From an uncultured Flavobacteriaceae bacterium (lineage in GTDB: Bacteria > Bacteroidota > Bacteroidia > Flavobacteriales > Flavobacteriaceae): 64,000 nucleotides of DNA. The DNA is taken from contig CAVUAU010000007.1 of the NCBI GenBank assembly GCA_963739625.1, forward strand, positions 66,581 through 130,580, written 5' to 3'. The notes beneath the pieces were generated by a model that saw only the letters and a program-made list of their open reading frames with translations, was not told the DNA's origin and ran no database searches. Positions 38,940 through 49,478 of this stretch are shown one piece after another; the first letter of the stretch is position 1, and each line of letters begins with the position of its first letter. The translations under genes were made by a program, and so were the position numbers.

Positions 38940-38967
38940 TTCATTAGGAAGAGAAAAATAAGAACAT

Positions 38968-38998
38968 AAAAAAAAGCCCTTCCAAAAAGGGCTTTTTT
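38968..38998. terminator. Bidirectional terminator
   Basis: A-tract GCCCTT-CCAAA-AAGGGC T-tract. Confidence 0.8.
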
Positions 38999-39051
38999 GA
39001 CAGGTATATATGCCAAATTCCTGGAATTTGGGGAATTTGAATTTTTGAACT

Positions 39052-39528
39052 TTATTTCCTGGCTATTTCCTCACAGCCTTCTTTTCTCCTGGTATCTATT
39101 AAATAAATGATTTTCCATTTCCCGTTGTCCTTGAAAAGCTGAAAGCTGTCGACACCGCAATGGCTGAATTCGCCATTCACGTGCAAAGAATACGGGGTCC
39201 AGGCGTGAGCCATGGCTCCGTCGATCTTTATTTCGTAAGAATGTAAGGTCTCTTTAAAATTGGTTTTTAAAGGGATACTGGCGATTCCCTTCAGCATTTT
39301 ATGAACATCTTCTCCCGTCAGGGCGATTTCGCCACTTTTGTCCCTGCCAATGCTCTGGATCACTACATCATTGGCCAAAACAGACTTCATTACAATTGAA
39401 TCCCGGGCGTGGAAACCTTCAAAAAACCTGTCTATAGCGTTTTTTACTGCAGCCTCTTCCGAAGGCTCCTGTGCCCTCATTGATATTGAACCAATTAGCA
39501 AAAGCAGAATAGCAGCGCGTTTTAACAT
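39052..39528 (-). CDS. Secreted NTF2-like protein
   Basis: Signal peptide; MAHAWTPY, SHCGVDSFQL, WKIIYLIDTRR. Confidence 0.8.
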   Translation of the reverse strand: MLKRAAILLLLIGSISMRAQEPSEEAAVKNAIDRFFEGFHARDSIVMKSVLANDVVIQSIGRDKSGEIALTGEDVHKMLKGIASIPLKTNFKETLHSYEIKIDGAMAHAWTPYSLHVNGEFSHCGVDSFQLFKDNGKWKIIYLIDTRRKEGCEEIARK

Positions 39529-39592
39529 TTTTCGATAGTTTTGAATGTAGGAACCGAATTTAGTACTTTTACCTGAATTTAAAAATCTCCCT

Positions 39593-40411
39593 ATGTCAGT
39601 CGCTAAAAAACAGTTTAAGAAGATCACTACAAAATCCCTGGTGGAAATGAAATCCCAGGGAGAGAAGATCTCCATGCTTACTGCCTACGATTATTCCATG
39701 GCAAAGATCATTGACGGGGCGGGCATAGACGTCATACTAGTGGGAGATTCTGCCAGTAATGTAATGGCCGGTCACGAGACCACACTACCTATCACGCTTG
39801 ACCAGATGATCTATCACGCCGCCAGCGTAGTGAGGGCGGTTGATCGTGCGCTTGTAGTAGTAGACCTTCCCTTCGGAAGTTACCAGAGTGATCCTAAAGA
39901 AGCCTTGCGTTCTGCTATTCGCATTATGAAAGAAAGCGGCGGACATGCTGTAAAACTCGAAGGTGGAAAAGAAATTAAAGATTCTGTAAAAAGAATTTTG
40001 AACGCCGGAATTCCCGTAATGGGACACCTCGGACTTACCCCTCAATCCATCTACAAATTCGGGACATACACGGTTCGCGCCAAGGAAGAAGCCGAAGCCG
40101 AAAAACTGAAGACCGACGCACTTATGCTGGAAAAAGCCGGCTGTTTCGCCATTGTTCTGGAAAAAGTTCCGGCCAAACTGGCTAAAATAGTGGCAGCAAG
40201 CCTTACCATTCCTGTGATTGGTATTGGAGCCGGAAACGGTGTCGATGGGCAGGTATTAGTTGTACATGACATGATCGGGATGACGCATGAATTTAATCCG
40301 CGTTTCCTTAGAAGATATCTCGACCTGTATTCCGAAATGACCAAAGCGTTTGAGAATTACAGGGATGATGTAAAAAGTAAAAATTTCCCTTCAGACGAAG
40401 AACAGTATTGA
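39593..40411 (+). CDS. panB: 3-methyl-2-oxobutanoate hydroxymethyltransferase
   Basis: [40 protein letters not shown]. Confidence 0.96.
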   Translation: MSVAKKQFKKITTKSLVEMKSQGEKISMLTAYDYSMAKIIDGAGIDVILVGDSASNVMAGHETTLPITLDQMIYHAASVVRAVDRALVVVDLPFGSYQSDPKEALRSAIRIMKESGGHAVKLEGGKEIKDSVKRILNAGIPVMGHLGLTPQSIYKFGTYTVRAKEEAEAEKLKTDALMLEKAGCFAIVLEKVPAKLAKIVAASLTIPVIGIGAGNGVDGQVLVVHDMIGMTHEFNPRFLRRYLDLYSEMTKAFENYRDDVKSKNFPSDEEQY

Positions 40412-40415
40412 TCCG

Positions 40416-40483
40416 GTTATGAGTTATGAGTTAAGAGTTTTGAGTTAGGAGTTTTGGAATTTGGAATTTGGAATTTGGAATTT
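40416..40483. repeat. Composite heptamer array: 5 GTTATGA-like units then (TTTGGAA)4
   Basis: GTTATGA GTTATGA GTTAAGA GTTTTGA GTTAGGA GT (TTTGGAA)4 TTT. Confidence 0.8.
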
Positions 40484-40489
40484 AAACAT

Positions 40490-40915
40490 ATGAAGATCAG
40501 GTACACCAAAAAACGACTTCTTTTTAACGGGCTTTTGGGAAGTGTTTTTGTCGTTGGCGGTCTACTGCAATTGCAAAAAAAGACTGATTTAAGTCATTAC
40601 CTGATCTATGGTATTCAATTTCTGCTTGGACTGGTTATGGTTGCGAGTTATTTCTATGAGAGAAAATTTCAGTATTTGATCATTGAAAATGGCAAACTTA
40701 TTAAGAACAGGTTCTTTTCTAAGTATATTCAGCTTGACGAGATCACCAAAATCCAATCATTCCCGGGAAAGATCAAGCTCTTTACTTCCGAAGAAAAATT
40801 AAGCATCAATACCGAACTTATTGAAGACGACTCCAGGAATGACCTTTTGAAAGTGCTTGGATCTTTGGAAGTAGAAAATAATCCATTCATCAGTTATTCC
40901 GCAAAAACCTCTTAA
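40490..40915 (+). CDS. Hypothetical membrane protein (2 TM + PH-like)
   Basis: MKIRYTKKRL start; the ORF extension to 40454 is repeat-derived. Confidence 0.7.
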   Translation: MKIRYTKKRLLFNGLLGSVFVVGGLLQLQKKTDLSHYLIYGIQFLLGLVMVASYFYERKFQYLIIENGKLIKNRFFSKYIQLDEITKIQSFPGKIKLFTSEEKLSINTELIEDDSRNDLLKVLGSLEVENNPFISYSAKTS

Positions 40916-40927
40916 AAACCTCCATTT

Positions 40928-41626
40928 TTGGCAGACAATATTCTTTCCACTCCGCAGAACCTGCAGGTACTCCATGAGGACAACCACCTTATCATCGTGA
41001 ACAAACGTCCCGGCGATATTGTGCAGGGCGATAAGACCGGCGATATGCCTTTGAGCGAAGTGGTAAAGGAGTATTTAAAGATCAAGCACAACAAACCAGG
41101 CAATGTCTATTTGGGCGTGGTGCACCGGCTTGACCGTCCCACCAGTGGTATTGTGGTTTTTGCCAAAACCTCCAAGGCGCTGCCGCGACTCAACAAGCTC
41201 TTCAAGGAAAAAGATGCGAAAAAAACCTATTGGGCGGTCGTTAAAAATCCACCGCCAAAACAGGAGGACACCCTGGTGCATTTTATGAAGCGGAACCAAA
41301 AGCAGAATAAATCTTACGCGCACATTAAAGAAGTGCCGGACTCCAAAAAAGCCATTTTAGAGTACCGTATGCTTAAGAAGCTTGACAACTATTACCTGCT
41401 TGAGATCGACTTGCAAACAGGGCGGCACCACCAGATAAGAAGCCAGCTCTCCTCAATTGGCTGCCCCGTTAAGGGCGACCTTAAGTATGGTTTTGACCGC
41501 AGCAACAAAGACGCAAGCATTCATCTCCACGCTCGCAAACTAACTTTTGTTCATCCGGTAAAAAAGGAAAAACTAGAGATCATTGCGCCCCCACCAAAAG
41601 ATCCAGTTTGGGACGCGTGTCTCTAA
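40928..41626 (+). CDS. RluA-family pseudouridine synthase
   Basis: VHRLDRPTSG, TGRHHQIR, GDLKYG, LHA. Confidence 0.92.
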   Translation: MADNILSTPQNLQVLHEDNHLIIVNKRPGDIVQGDKTGDMPLSEVVKEYLKIKHNKPGNVYLGVVHRLDRPTSGIVVFAKTSKALPRLNKLFKEKDAKKTYWAVVKNPPPKQEDTLVHFMKRNQKQNKSYAHIKEVPDSKKAILEYRMLKKLDNYYLLEIDLQTGRHHQIRSQLSSIGCPVKGDLKYGFDRSNKDASIHLHARKLTFVHPVKKEKLEIIAPPPKDPVWDACL

Positions 41627-41857
41627 CTTCCGGTAGCCCCTTAGAGGAATTCTCTCCTCCTGAGCCCAGGTTCTAATACTGACAAATATCATGAGCATCA
41701 ATGAAAATGATGAGCATGAATGTCGTATATTTAGTAGTACTTCCTGCATAAAGAACTGCAGGTACAGTTTAAATTTACCCCAATTCCACCGTCTTCGCCT
41801 ACCAAAATTGGCACTCCCCCTGGAAACTCCCCCGTAAAATTCTAAATCTTTAAGCCA

Positions 41858-43618
41858 ATGAGATCATCCACCATTGTTGTAGCTCTCTGCGTTGGGACCT
41901 TTTTCTTCCAAAAATCACCTTTACGCGCTAATCAGCCTTGTGCATATGAAGCACCGCTAACGCATTTCGAACAGATCGCGGCGCCAATAGAACAGGATTC
42001 AACACGCTATCTTGTAAACCTTGTCCAGAATGCGGCCGCAATGGTTCGTGAAAAAGGCAAGGCTGCTTTTGAAGAATTCCGGGAGCCCAACAGCCGCTGG
42101 CGTAAGGGAGAGACCTACATTTTCGTGCTGGACAACGACGGAAATATGCTTGTACATGCCAACCCTCAAATGGAAAATAAGAACCAGCTGGACCTGAAAG
42201 ATGTCAATGGCAAACCCATTATACGTGGTCTCCTGGCAGCCGCTACGGCCCTACCCGAAAAACAGGAAGGCTGGTTCCATTATCAATGGCCGGTACCAGA
42301 CGGGCTTCTGCCACGCTGGAAAAGCAGCTATGTGCAACTGGTAAAGTCACCTGAAGGAAAAGAATATATTGTTGGCAGTGGAATGTACAACGATAGAATG
42401 GAGAAAGAGTTCGTTACAGATATGATTGATGAAGCGGCAGGAAAGATCGAAAAAGAAGGAAAGGCCGCTTTTGAACAATTCTATGATCCCGCAGGACCTT
42501 TCCTTATAAAAGATACTTACGTTTTCGTGCTCGATACCACTGGAAAAGAACTGGTGAATCCCGCCTTTAGGAACCTTGAAGGCCGAAATCTTATGGATCT
42601 CAAAGATACCGAAGGAAAATTGCTCGTCCGGGAAATGTTCAATGCGGTAGAAAAAGATACTGCAGGATGGGTGAATTACATGTGGCCAAAACCAGGAGAT
42701 AATATCTCCACACAGAAGTCGACCTATGTCAAAAAAGCAAACACCGGGGATGGGTGGGTATTGGTAGGAGCAGGGGTATATCTTGCCAATGCGCCTAAAG
42801 CTCCTCTAAAAAGAGAAGAAATTACCCCCTTTGATCTCAAAAATTTTGTGACCGATGCCGCCGTTAAATTGGAAGAAGAGGGCGAAAAGGCTTTTAAAGA
42901 TTTCCGAAATAAAGACTCCCAGTGGTTTGAGGGCGATAAATATTTGTTCGTCTGGGATCTCAACGGAAAAAGGATCTTCCATGCGGCTAATCCTTCGATA
43001 GAAGGAGAAGTTGTAGATGGTACCACTGATGCGCTTGGACGGCCTTATGGGAAAATGTTCCTTGAAACAGCTTCTTCCCCGGAAGGCGAAGGTTGGGTTC
43101 ACTACATGTATCCTGAACCCGGAGATATCTTCCCCGCCTGGAAATCGAGTTATATAAAACGAGTCACCTTTCCATCCGGGCAAGACTATCTCGTTGGAAG
43201 CGGGATCTATAACATGAAAATGGACGAATTTTTTATCGAGGATATGGTTGATCAGGCTGCGGCTTTAGTTGAAGACAAAGGTCGGGATGCTTTCGAGGAG
43301 CTACGGGATAAAAAAGGCCCCTTCTACTTTATGGACACCTATATCTTTGTAGCCGACCCCGAGGGAACCGAGCTGGTAAACCCGGGCATGCCCTCACTTG
43401 AAGGAAGAAACCTTATCGAAATGGAAGATTTAGACGGAAATCCTGTCGTAAAGGACGAGATTGATCTGGCCATGAATAAAGGCAGCGGCTGGCTTAAAAT
43501 GTCATGGTTCAAACCGGGTACCAATACTCCCGCACCTAAAATGACCTATGTCAAAAAAGCGGAAGCCAATGGAGAGACTTTTATCGTGGGTTCAGGATAT
43601 TATCCCGAAGAAGAATAA
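41858..43618 (+). CDS. Secreted protein with four tandem single Cache (sCache_2-like) domains
   Basis: Four repeats of Y(I/V/L)FV.D..G....P..EG....D..G....GW..Y.W..P...K.(S/T)Y...G(S/A)G.Y; no TM or output domain. Confidence 0.85.
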   Translation: MRSSTIVVALCVGTFFFQKSPLRANQPCAYEAPLTHFEQIAAPIEQDSTRYLVNLVQNAAAMVREKGKAAFEEFREPNSRWRKGETYIFVLDNDGNMLVHANPQMENKNQLDLKDVNGKPIIRGLLAAATALPEKQEGWFHYQWPVPDGLLPRWKSSYVQLVKSPEGKEYIVGSGMYNDRMEKEFVTDMIDEAAGKIEKEGKAAFEQFYDPAGPFLIKDTYVFVLDTTGKELVNPAFRNLEGRNLMDLKDTEGKLLVREMFNAVEKDTAGWVNYMWPKPGDNISTQKSTYVKKANTGDGWVLVGAGVYLANAPKAPLKREEITPFDLKNFVTDAAVKLEEEGEKAFKDFRNKDSQWFEGDKYLFVWDLNGKRIFHAANPSIEGEVVDGTTDALGRPYGKMFLETASSPEGEGWVHYMYPEPGDIFPAWKSSYIKRVTFPSGQDYLVGSGIYNMKMDEFFIEDMVDQAAALVEDKGRDAFEELRDKKGPFYFMDTYIFVADPEGTELVNPGMPSLEGRNLIEMEDLDGNPVVKDEIDLAMNKGSGWLKMSWFKPGTNTPAPKMTYVKKAEANGETFIVGSGYYPEEE

Positions 43619-43862
43619 AAAGCCGGAACAGAAGCCGAAGTCTCTTTGTGCGACTAAAGCTCTGTTCAACAGGTTCTCAAAAATGGCATTTTTGCAGCGC
43701 TTCTTCCCTACCTGTTTTTCCTGTTTACTAATTTCTTCGAAAGGATTTGATTTAGCTAATTTCCTGTTCCGGAATTCTTAAACTCCCGTTAAGCCCTGTC
43801 CTTCAAGAATCATCTTCTGTTCTTTCTGAAGAAAATGTTCTATTTTTAGAAAAAAGATCGTC

Positions 43863-44705
43863 ATGAAATGGAAAGGCAGAAGAAAAAGCTCTAATGTCGA
43901 GGACAGGAGAGGCACGTCTACCGGAGGAAAAGTAGCGGTTGGAGGCGGAATTATTGGGCTAATCTTTTTAGCTATCCAGCTGTTTTCCGGAGGAGATGCG
44001 GGAGAGATACTGCAGCAGCTCGACCAGCAAAATACCAGCTCAGAACCCAGGGAATTAACTGCGGAAGAAAAAGAGCTGGGAGATTTTTCTGCCACAGTAC
44101 TTGCCGATACAGAGAATGTATGGAACCAGATCTTTAGCGAAAATAACCTGCAATATAAGGAGCCGGGGATGGTGCTTTACGATAACAGGACCCCTTCGGG
44201 CTGTGGTACCGCCTCATCTGCAATGGGACCTTTTTATTGCCCGCAGGATCAAAAAGTTTATATGGATCTTGACTTTTTCAAAGAGTTAAGGCAGCGGTTT
44301 GGCGCCAAAGAAGGTAATTTTGCCATCGCTTATGTGATCGCGCATGAAGTTGGGCACCATGTGCAGACTTTGTTGGGAACCTCGGCAAAAGTGCGGCAGC
44401 TGCAGCAGGGACAACCGCGTGCAGAGGCCAATGAACTTTCTGTCGCTCTTGAATTACAGGCAGATTTTTATGCCGGCGTCTGGGCAAAACACAACCAGGA
44501 TTATCTCGAGCAGGGAGATATAGAAATCGCCTTAAGCGCTGCAAACGCTGTAGGTGACGACGCTATTCAAAAACGCACACAAGGCACGGTCACTCCCGAT
44601 TCTTTCACCCACGGCACCTCACAACAACGCATGGACTGGTTCATGCGCGGTTATCGCACCGGCGACCTCAGGGAAGGCGATACTTTCAGTGAAGTTGTCG
44701 ATTAA
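43863..44705 (+). CDS. YpfJ-family neutral zinc metallopeptidase
   Basis: MKWKGRRKSSNVEDRRG, GPFYCP, AHEVGHHVQ, ELQAD, FTHGTS. Confidence 0.9.
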   Translation: MKWKGRRKSSNVEDRRGTSTGGKVAVGGGIIGLIFLAIQLFSGGDAGEILQQLDQQNTSSEPRELTAEEKELGDFSATVLADTENVWNQIFSENNLQYKEPGMVLYDNRTPSGCGTASSAMGPFYCPQDQKVYMDLDFFKELRQRFGAKEGNFAIAYVIAHEVGHHVQTLLGTSAKVRQLQQGQPRAEANELSVALELQADFYAGVWAKHNQDYLEQGDIEIALSAANAVGDDAIQKRTQGTVTPDSFTHGTSQQRMDWFMRGYRTGDLREGDTFSEVVD

Positions 44706-44735
44706 CCCGCTTAATTGATCTTAAAAAATTTATCC

Positions 44736-46130
44736 ATGGCCGAAACAACATATTCTATAAACATTCCTGAACTAAAAGCACGTCAAAATGCCTTTTTTGA
44801 AGCCGCAGGCACAGCCGATGTAGGCCAGCGAATCGATAAGCTCAAGCAGCTGAAACAGCTGGTTGAGTCAAAGGAAAAGCAAATTGCTGAAGCTTTGCGC
44901 AGGGACTTTCAAAAGCCTGAATTTGAAACTTATATTACCGAGACCAGCTTTATCCTGAGCGAGCTCAAATTCTTCATCAAAAACCTGAAAGATTGGACAA
45001 AGCCTGAAAGGGTAAAAAGCTCTTTGCTGAATTTTCCGTCCAAAGATTATATCTATCCAACTCCTTACGGCGTTTGCCTGGTGCTTGCGCCCTGGAATTA
45101 CCCCTTTCAGTTGACGCTGTCGCCGGCCATTGGTGCCATTGCTGCAGGCAATACGGTGGTCCTGAAGCCCAGCGAGTTTACGCCGCATACGTCGGCGGTC
45201 ATCAAAGAGATTTTTGAAAAGCTATTTCCTGAAGAATGGGTGAGCGTGGTGGAAGGAGGAGTTGAAACTTCCGAAGAACTTTTGAAGCAGAAATGGGACT
45301 ATGTCTTTTTTACCGGGAGCGTGCCGGTGGGGCGCATTGTGGCAAAAGCCATTGCGGGAAATCTTACTCCATCAACCCTTGAGCTGGGCGGCAAAAGCCC
45401 CTGTATCGTTCACAGCTCTGCCAAAATCGAGCTGGCGGCAAAAAGGATCGCCTGGGGGAAGTTCATCAATGCCGGACAAACCTGTATCGCACCCGATTAT
45501 CTCCTGGTTGACACCTCCATAAAAACTGAGTTTGTTGAAGCTCTTAAAAATGAAATTAGCACACTTTATGGAAAAGATCCCAAGGCTTCCCCCGATCTTT
45601 CAAGGATCATCAACAAAAAACATTTCGAGCGGCTCAAAGACCTGATGCAGGACCAAAAATGCCTTTTTGGAGGCCACACAGATGACGAAGCAAATTATAT
45701 CTCTCCTACTCTGCTTGACGAGCCCGATCTGGACTCAAAAGTGATGCAGGATGAGATCTTCGGACCATTGCTGCCCATAATTTCCTACACTTCAGAAGAT
45801 GAAATAGAAAGGATCATAAGGCATTATCCAAGGCCGCTTTCCCTCTACATTTTTACTGAAGAGGAGGCTTTTTCAGAAAAGATCATCCAAAAATACCATT
45901 TTGGAGGCGGCGTGGTGAACGATGTCCTGGTGCACATTGCCAACAAGAACCTACCCTTCGGAGGGGTTGGTGACAGTGGCTACGGTGGCTACCACGGGAA
46001 GTTTTCTTTTGACACCTTTACCCATAAAAAAAGCATAAGTAAGCGTGCCACATGGCTGGACATACCTTTAAGATATCCTCCCTACCGCGGCAAACTCAAA
46101 GCTGCCAAAAAATTCCTGAAACTGCTTTAG
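44736..46130 (+). CDS. Aldehyde dehydrogenase (ALDH3-like)
   Basis: PWNYP, FTGS, LELGGKSP, NAGQTCIAPD, EIFGP, PFGGVG. Confidence 0.92.
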   Translation: MAETTYSINIPELKARQNAFFEAAGTADVGQRIDKLKQLKQLVESKEKQIAEALRRDFQKPEFETYITETSFILSELKFFIKNLKDWTKPERVKSSLLNFPSKDYIYPTPYGVCLVLAPWNYPFQLTLSPAIGAIAAGNTVVLKPSEFTPHTSAVIKEIFEKLFPEEWVSVVEGGVETSEELLKQKWDYVFFTGSVPVGRIVAKAIAGNLTPSTLELGGKSPCIVHSSAKIELAAKRIAWGKFINAGQTCIAPDYLLVDTSIKTEFVEALKNEISTLYGKDPKASPDLSRIINKKHFERLKDLMQDQKCLFGGHTDDEANYISPTLLDEPDLDSKVMQDEIFGPLLPIISYTSEDEIERIIRHYPRPLSLYIFTEEEAFSEKIIQKYHFGGGVVNDVLVHIANKNLPFGGVGDSGYGGYHGKFSFDTFTHKKSISKRATWLDIPLRYPPYRGKLKAAKKFLKLL

Positions 46131-47659
46131 ATTTTCTTCTTTTTGAGAGAATACAGGTCGAGACGCCTGTCGGTCAAATTCCTTACACTTCCAAAGGTAT
46201 GCAACTCCTTCAGCAGGTCGAGATCCACGTCGACCAGTAATGTACTTTCGGTATTTGGAGTAGCTTCAGCTTTGATCCCGTTTACCGGAAAAGCAAAGTC
46301 TGAAGGCGTAAACACCGCGCTCTGGGCATACTGAATATCCATGTTGTTCACCTTCGGCAAATTCCCTACAGAACCGGCAATTGCCACATAACACTCGTTT
46401 TCAACCGCCCGGCTCTGCGCGCAAAGCCGAACCCGGGAGTACCCGTTTTGAGTGTCGGTCATGAATGGAACGAACAAGATGTTCATACCTTCATCTGCCA
46501 GAATCCTGGAAGCTTCAGGAAATTCCACATCATAACAAATTAACACTCCAATCTTTCCGCAGTCGGTATCCATTGTTTGCAGCTTAGTGCCGCCTTTCAT
46601 TCCCCAGGCAGAACCTTCGGCCGGGGTGATATGCAGCTTTTCATAACGCTCATAACTGCCGTCTCTTCGGCACAAATAACCCACATTATACATATGTTCC
46701 CCAATGATCTGCGGCATACTACCCGTGATAATATTGATGTTGTAGGTGATCGCAAAATCAACAAAAGTCTCCAGCAGTTTGTCTGTATAAGCAGCCAGGG
46801 CGCGAATAGCTTCAGCTTCATTAAGGTGATTATATTCGGCCATTAAAGGCGCGTTGAACAGCTCGGGAAAAAGAATAAAGTCACTCTGATAATCACTCAC
46901 TGCATCTACAAAGAATTCAATTTGTGAAACCAGCGCATCAAAATCCTTGAAAAGTCGCATTTGCCACTGCACCAATCCCAGTCGCACTACCGTTTTTGGA
47001 GTAAGAATGAGCTTATCGGGCTTGGTGTAGTAGATGTTGTTCCACTCCATAAGCGTCGCGAACTCCTTACTTTCATGATCGCCCGCCAAATAGCCTTTGA
47101 TCACCTTTTTGACGTGAAAATCGTTAGAAAGCTGAAAAGACAACACAGGATCATGGATCTCCTTCACCTTCACCTTCTCGATGTATTGCTTTGGAGTAAG
47201 CTCGGTCGCATATTTAGAATAATTGGGAATCCTGCCGCCAAAGATGATCGATTTGAGATTTAACTGCTCACAAAGCTCCTTTCTGGCCTCATAAAGCCTT
47301 CGTCCAAGACGCATCCCGCGATATTCGGGGTGAATAAAGACATCTATTCCATACAACACATCGCCGTTCTTTGTGTGCGTTGAGAAATTCTCACCTCCCG
47401 TAATGGCTTCATAGGTGTGATTATCATCGAATTTATTGTAGTCAACGATAATGGAAAGCGCACAGCCGGCGATCTTTTCATCAATGATGATACAAAATTG
47501 TCCCTCCGGAAATTTCTTTATTAAATTTTTGATCTCTTTCTCGCTCCAGTACTCGTCTGCCAAAGACCCATAACTCTCCATCATGGAGATTTTGAGCTCC
47601 TTGTAGTCTTTAATACTTAGATTACGCAGTTCAATTTTTGCTGAATCTATCACTTGCAA
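46127..47659 (-). CDS. GNAT acetyltransferase / carbon-nitrogen hydrolase fusion
   Basis: VFIHPEYRGMRLGRRL; FPE, KLH, ICYDVEFPE nitrilase triad; start approximate. Confidence 0.88.
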   Translation of the reverse strand: MQVIDSAKIELRNLSIKDYKELKISMMESYGSLADEYWSEKEIKNLIKKFPEGQFCIIIDEKIAGCALSIIVDYNKFDDNHTYEAITGGENFSTHTKNGDVLYGIDVFIHPEYRGMRLGRRLYEARKELCEQLNLKSIIFGGRIPNYSKYATELTPKQYIEKVKVKEIHDPVLSFQLSNDFHVKKVIKGYLAGDHESKEFATLMEWNNIYYTKPDKLILTPKTVVRLGLVQWQMRLFKDFDALVSQIEFFVDAVSDYQSDFILFPELFNAPLMAEYNHLNEAEAIRALAAYTDKLLETFVDFAITYNINIITGSMPQIIGEHMYNVGYLCRRDGSYERYEKLHITPAEGSAWGMKGGTKLQTMDTDCGKIGVLICYDVEFPEASRILADEGMNILFVPFMTDTQNGYSRVRLCAQSRAVENECYVAIAGSVGNLPKVNNMDIQYAQSAVFTPSDFAFPVNGIKAEATPNTESTLLVDVDLDLLKELHTFGSVRNLTDRRLDLYSLKKKKI

Positions 47660-47900
47660 TTTTTTTACGAAGATATCGCTTTCTACACTTGTTTTAAAAT
47701 AATGAAAAATTCTCAAAATATAAGGTTAAGCTTTTGCCTTGCCTTGGCAACATAAATGAAAAGGCTTAACTTATTAATTATTAAAGCCCTAACTCTATCA
47801 AAAGACCTGCGACCTCATGTGAAGATGAGTTCGAGGTGTCGAATTCTGTGTAAGCTTAATAAGTGTAGGGTAAAGTAAGCTGGCAGAAATGGCACCTCTT

Positions 47901-48753
47901 TTATTTTTTGATGGTAAACACAAAACTTTCACCCGGCACCTTTTGCGCCAACGCGTTAATGCCATTTTCCGAAAGTTGTAAAATTCTCGGATATCCTCCC
48001 GTAGTTTGCCCGTCACGCATCAAAACGATCAACTTTCCCGAAGGCGTTAACTGCACCGTTCCCGGTAGCACCGGCCCTGTGAGGATCGCGTCAAGGGAAT
48101 TGGGTAACTCTTCCTGCAACTGAATTCCCATACGATTGTTATTCATTCCGGCTGAAAAATGCCCTTTTTGAAGCCTCTCTTTTTCTTCGGAAGAAAGCCG
48201 CTCAAATTCGGGGCCGGGAAAAACCTTAATTTCTTCTGAAAAAATGCTGTCATCTGCTTTTACCGAAGCATTTCCCTCAAATTCTTCGGCTTCGAATGGC
48301 TTATACGGAAGTCTCATTCCTTTTTCAAGCCGTGCATGCCTGGTAATACCGCCGTACCAGCTGCGGCTGCCAAGAACTTTCTCTGTTTGGAAACCGTCCT
48401 TTACTGCGAGATAGGCACGACAGCCTTTTTGTCTTTTTCCGAAGCTTAGCAGGTCGCCTTCATTAATATTATAGATTTTATTGTTCTCAATTCGGGATCC
48501 ATTAATGGCAGGTTCTAGTAATCCGCCGCAAATCGCAATTTTAGTAGGTCCCAAAAATGCCATTTTTGGACCCATGTTGTGTAATTTCCATCACAGCAGC
48601 GCCCGGAGTATTCTGAAGCAGAAGATTTGCCAGGCGGGCAGAAGCCGAATCCATAGGTCCGCTCATGGGAACTCCAAATTCCATAAAACCTTTCCGGCCC
48701 GTGTCCTGGATGGTTGAAAACAGCCCGGGTTGTAATATTTCAATTTCAGCCAT
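47901..48753 (-). CDS. pxpC: 5-oxoprolinase subunit C, frameshift near 48575
   Basis: PGLFSTIQDTGR..SGPMD, NRMGIQL, PGTVQLTPSG, DGQTTGGYP. Confidence 0.88.
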
Positions 48754-49478
48754 GCCAGGGTTCTTTTTTCCAATTCAAATTTGCCTGCCTTGACTTCTTC
48801 GCAAATTTTTTCATGTTCCCCTAGATCTACAGCATAGAATTTTATTCTACTGCCTGCGGAAATTAGACAGGGCGGAATGTTATTTTTATCGAAAAGCGGC
48901 ACGGGAGAATTGCCAATGATCTGCCATCCCCCGGGGCTGGTTTGAGGGTAAATTCCCGTCTGTTTTTCACCTATTCCCACAGCCCCTTTTTCGACCTTTA
49001 TACGGGGTTGTTCTTTTCGCGGAAAATGAAGTTTTTCATCAAGTCCTCCCAGGTACAAAAAACCGGGTAAAAACCCGATAAAATAAACGGTATAAATTGG
49101 GGATGTATGAAGACTGATTATCTCTTCAACCGAAAGCTTTTTTTCCTGAGAAAGATACTCGAGATCCATCCCGAATTTTAGATCATAACATACCGGAACA
49201 TGAAATAGCTCCTTCTCCTTTTTATTTTCTATATTCGCGTCGCGCAACAGCTCTTTTAGGTGGGAAATCTCCCCATAAACATCCTCTATAGCAACATTAT
49301 AATTAATTAATATCGAGGCATATGTGTTAATTACCTCAACCTCTTCTTTAAATATATTTTTCTTTATAAAAGCTTTAATTTCCAGGAGTTTTTCGAGCAG
49401 GCTTTCATCGATTCGTGGCTCAAATTCAAGCAAAAGAGCCTTCTCCCCCATCGGTTTTATTTCAGGAATTTCCTTCAT
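48746..49478 (-). CDS. pxpB: 5-oxoprolinase subunit B
   Basis: VPVCY, GFLPGFLYL, GAVGIG, QTGIYP, SPGGWQIIG; true stop probably 48746 if one A of the run at ~48765 is removed. Confidence 0.88.

Noticed and set aside
40416-40483. CRISPR array
   Set aside because: 7-nt units without spacers; no 28-47-nt repeat-spacer pattern or cas genes anywhere in the window
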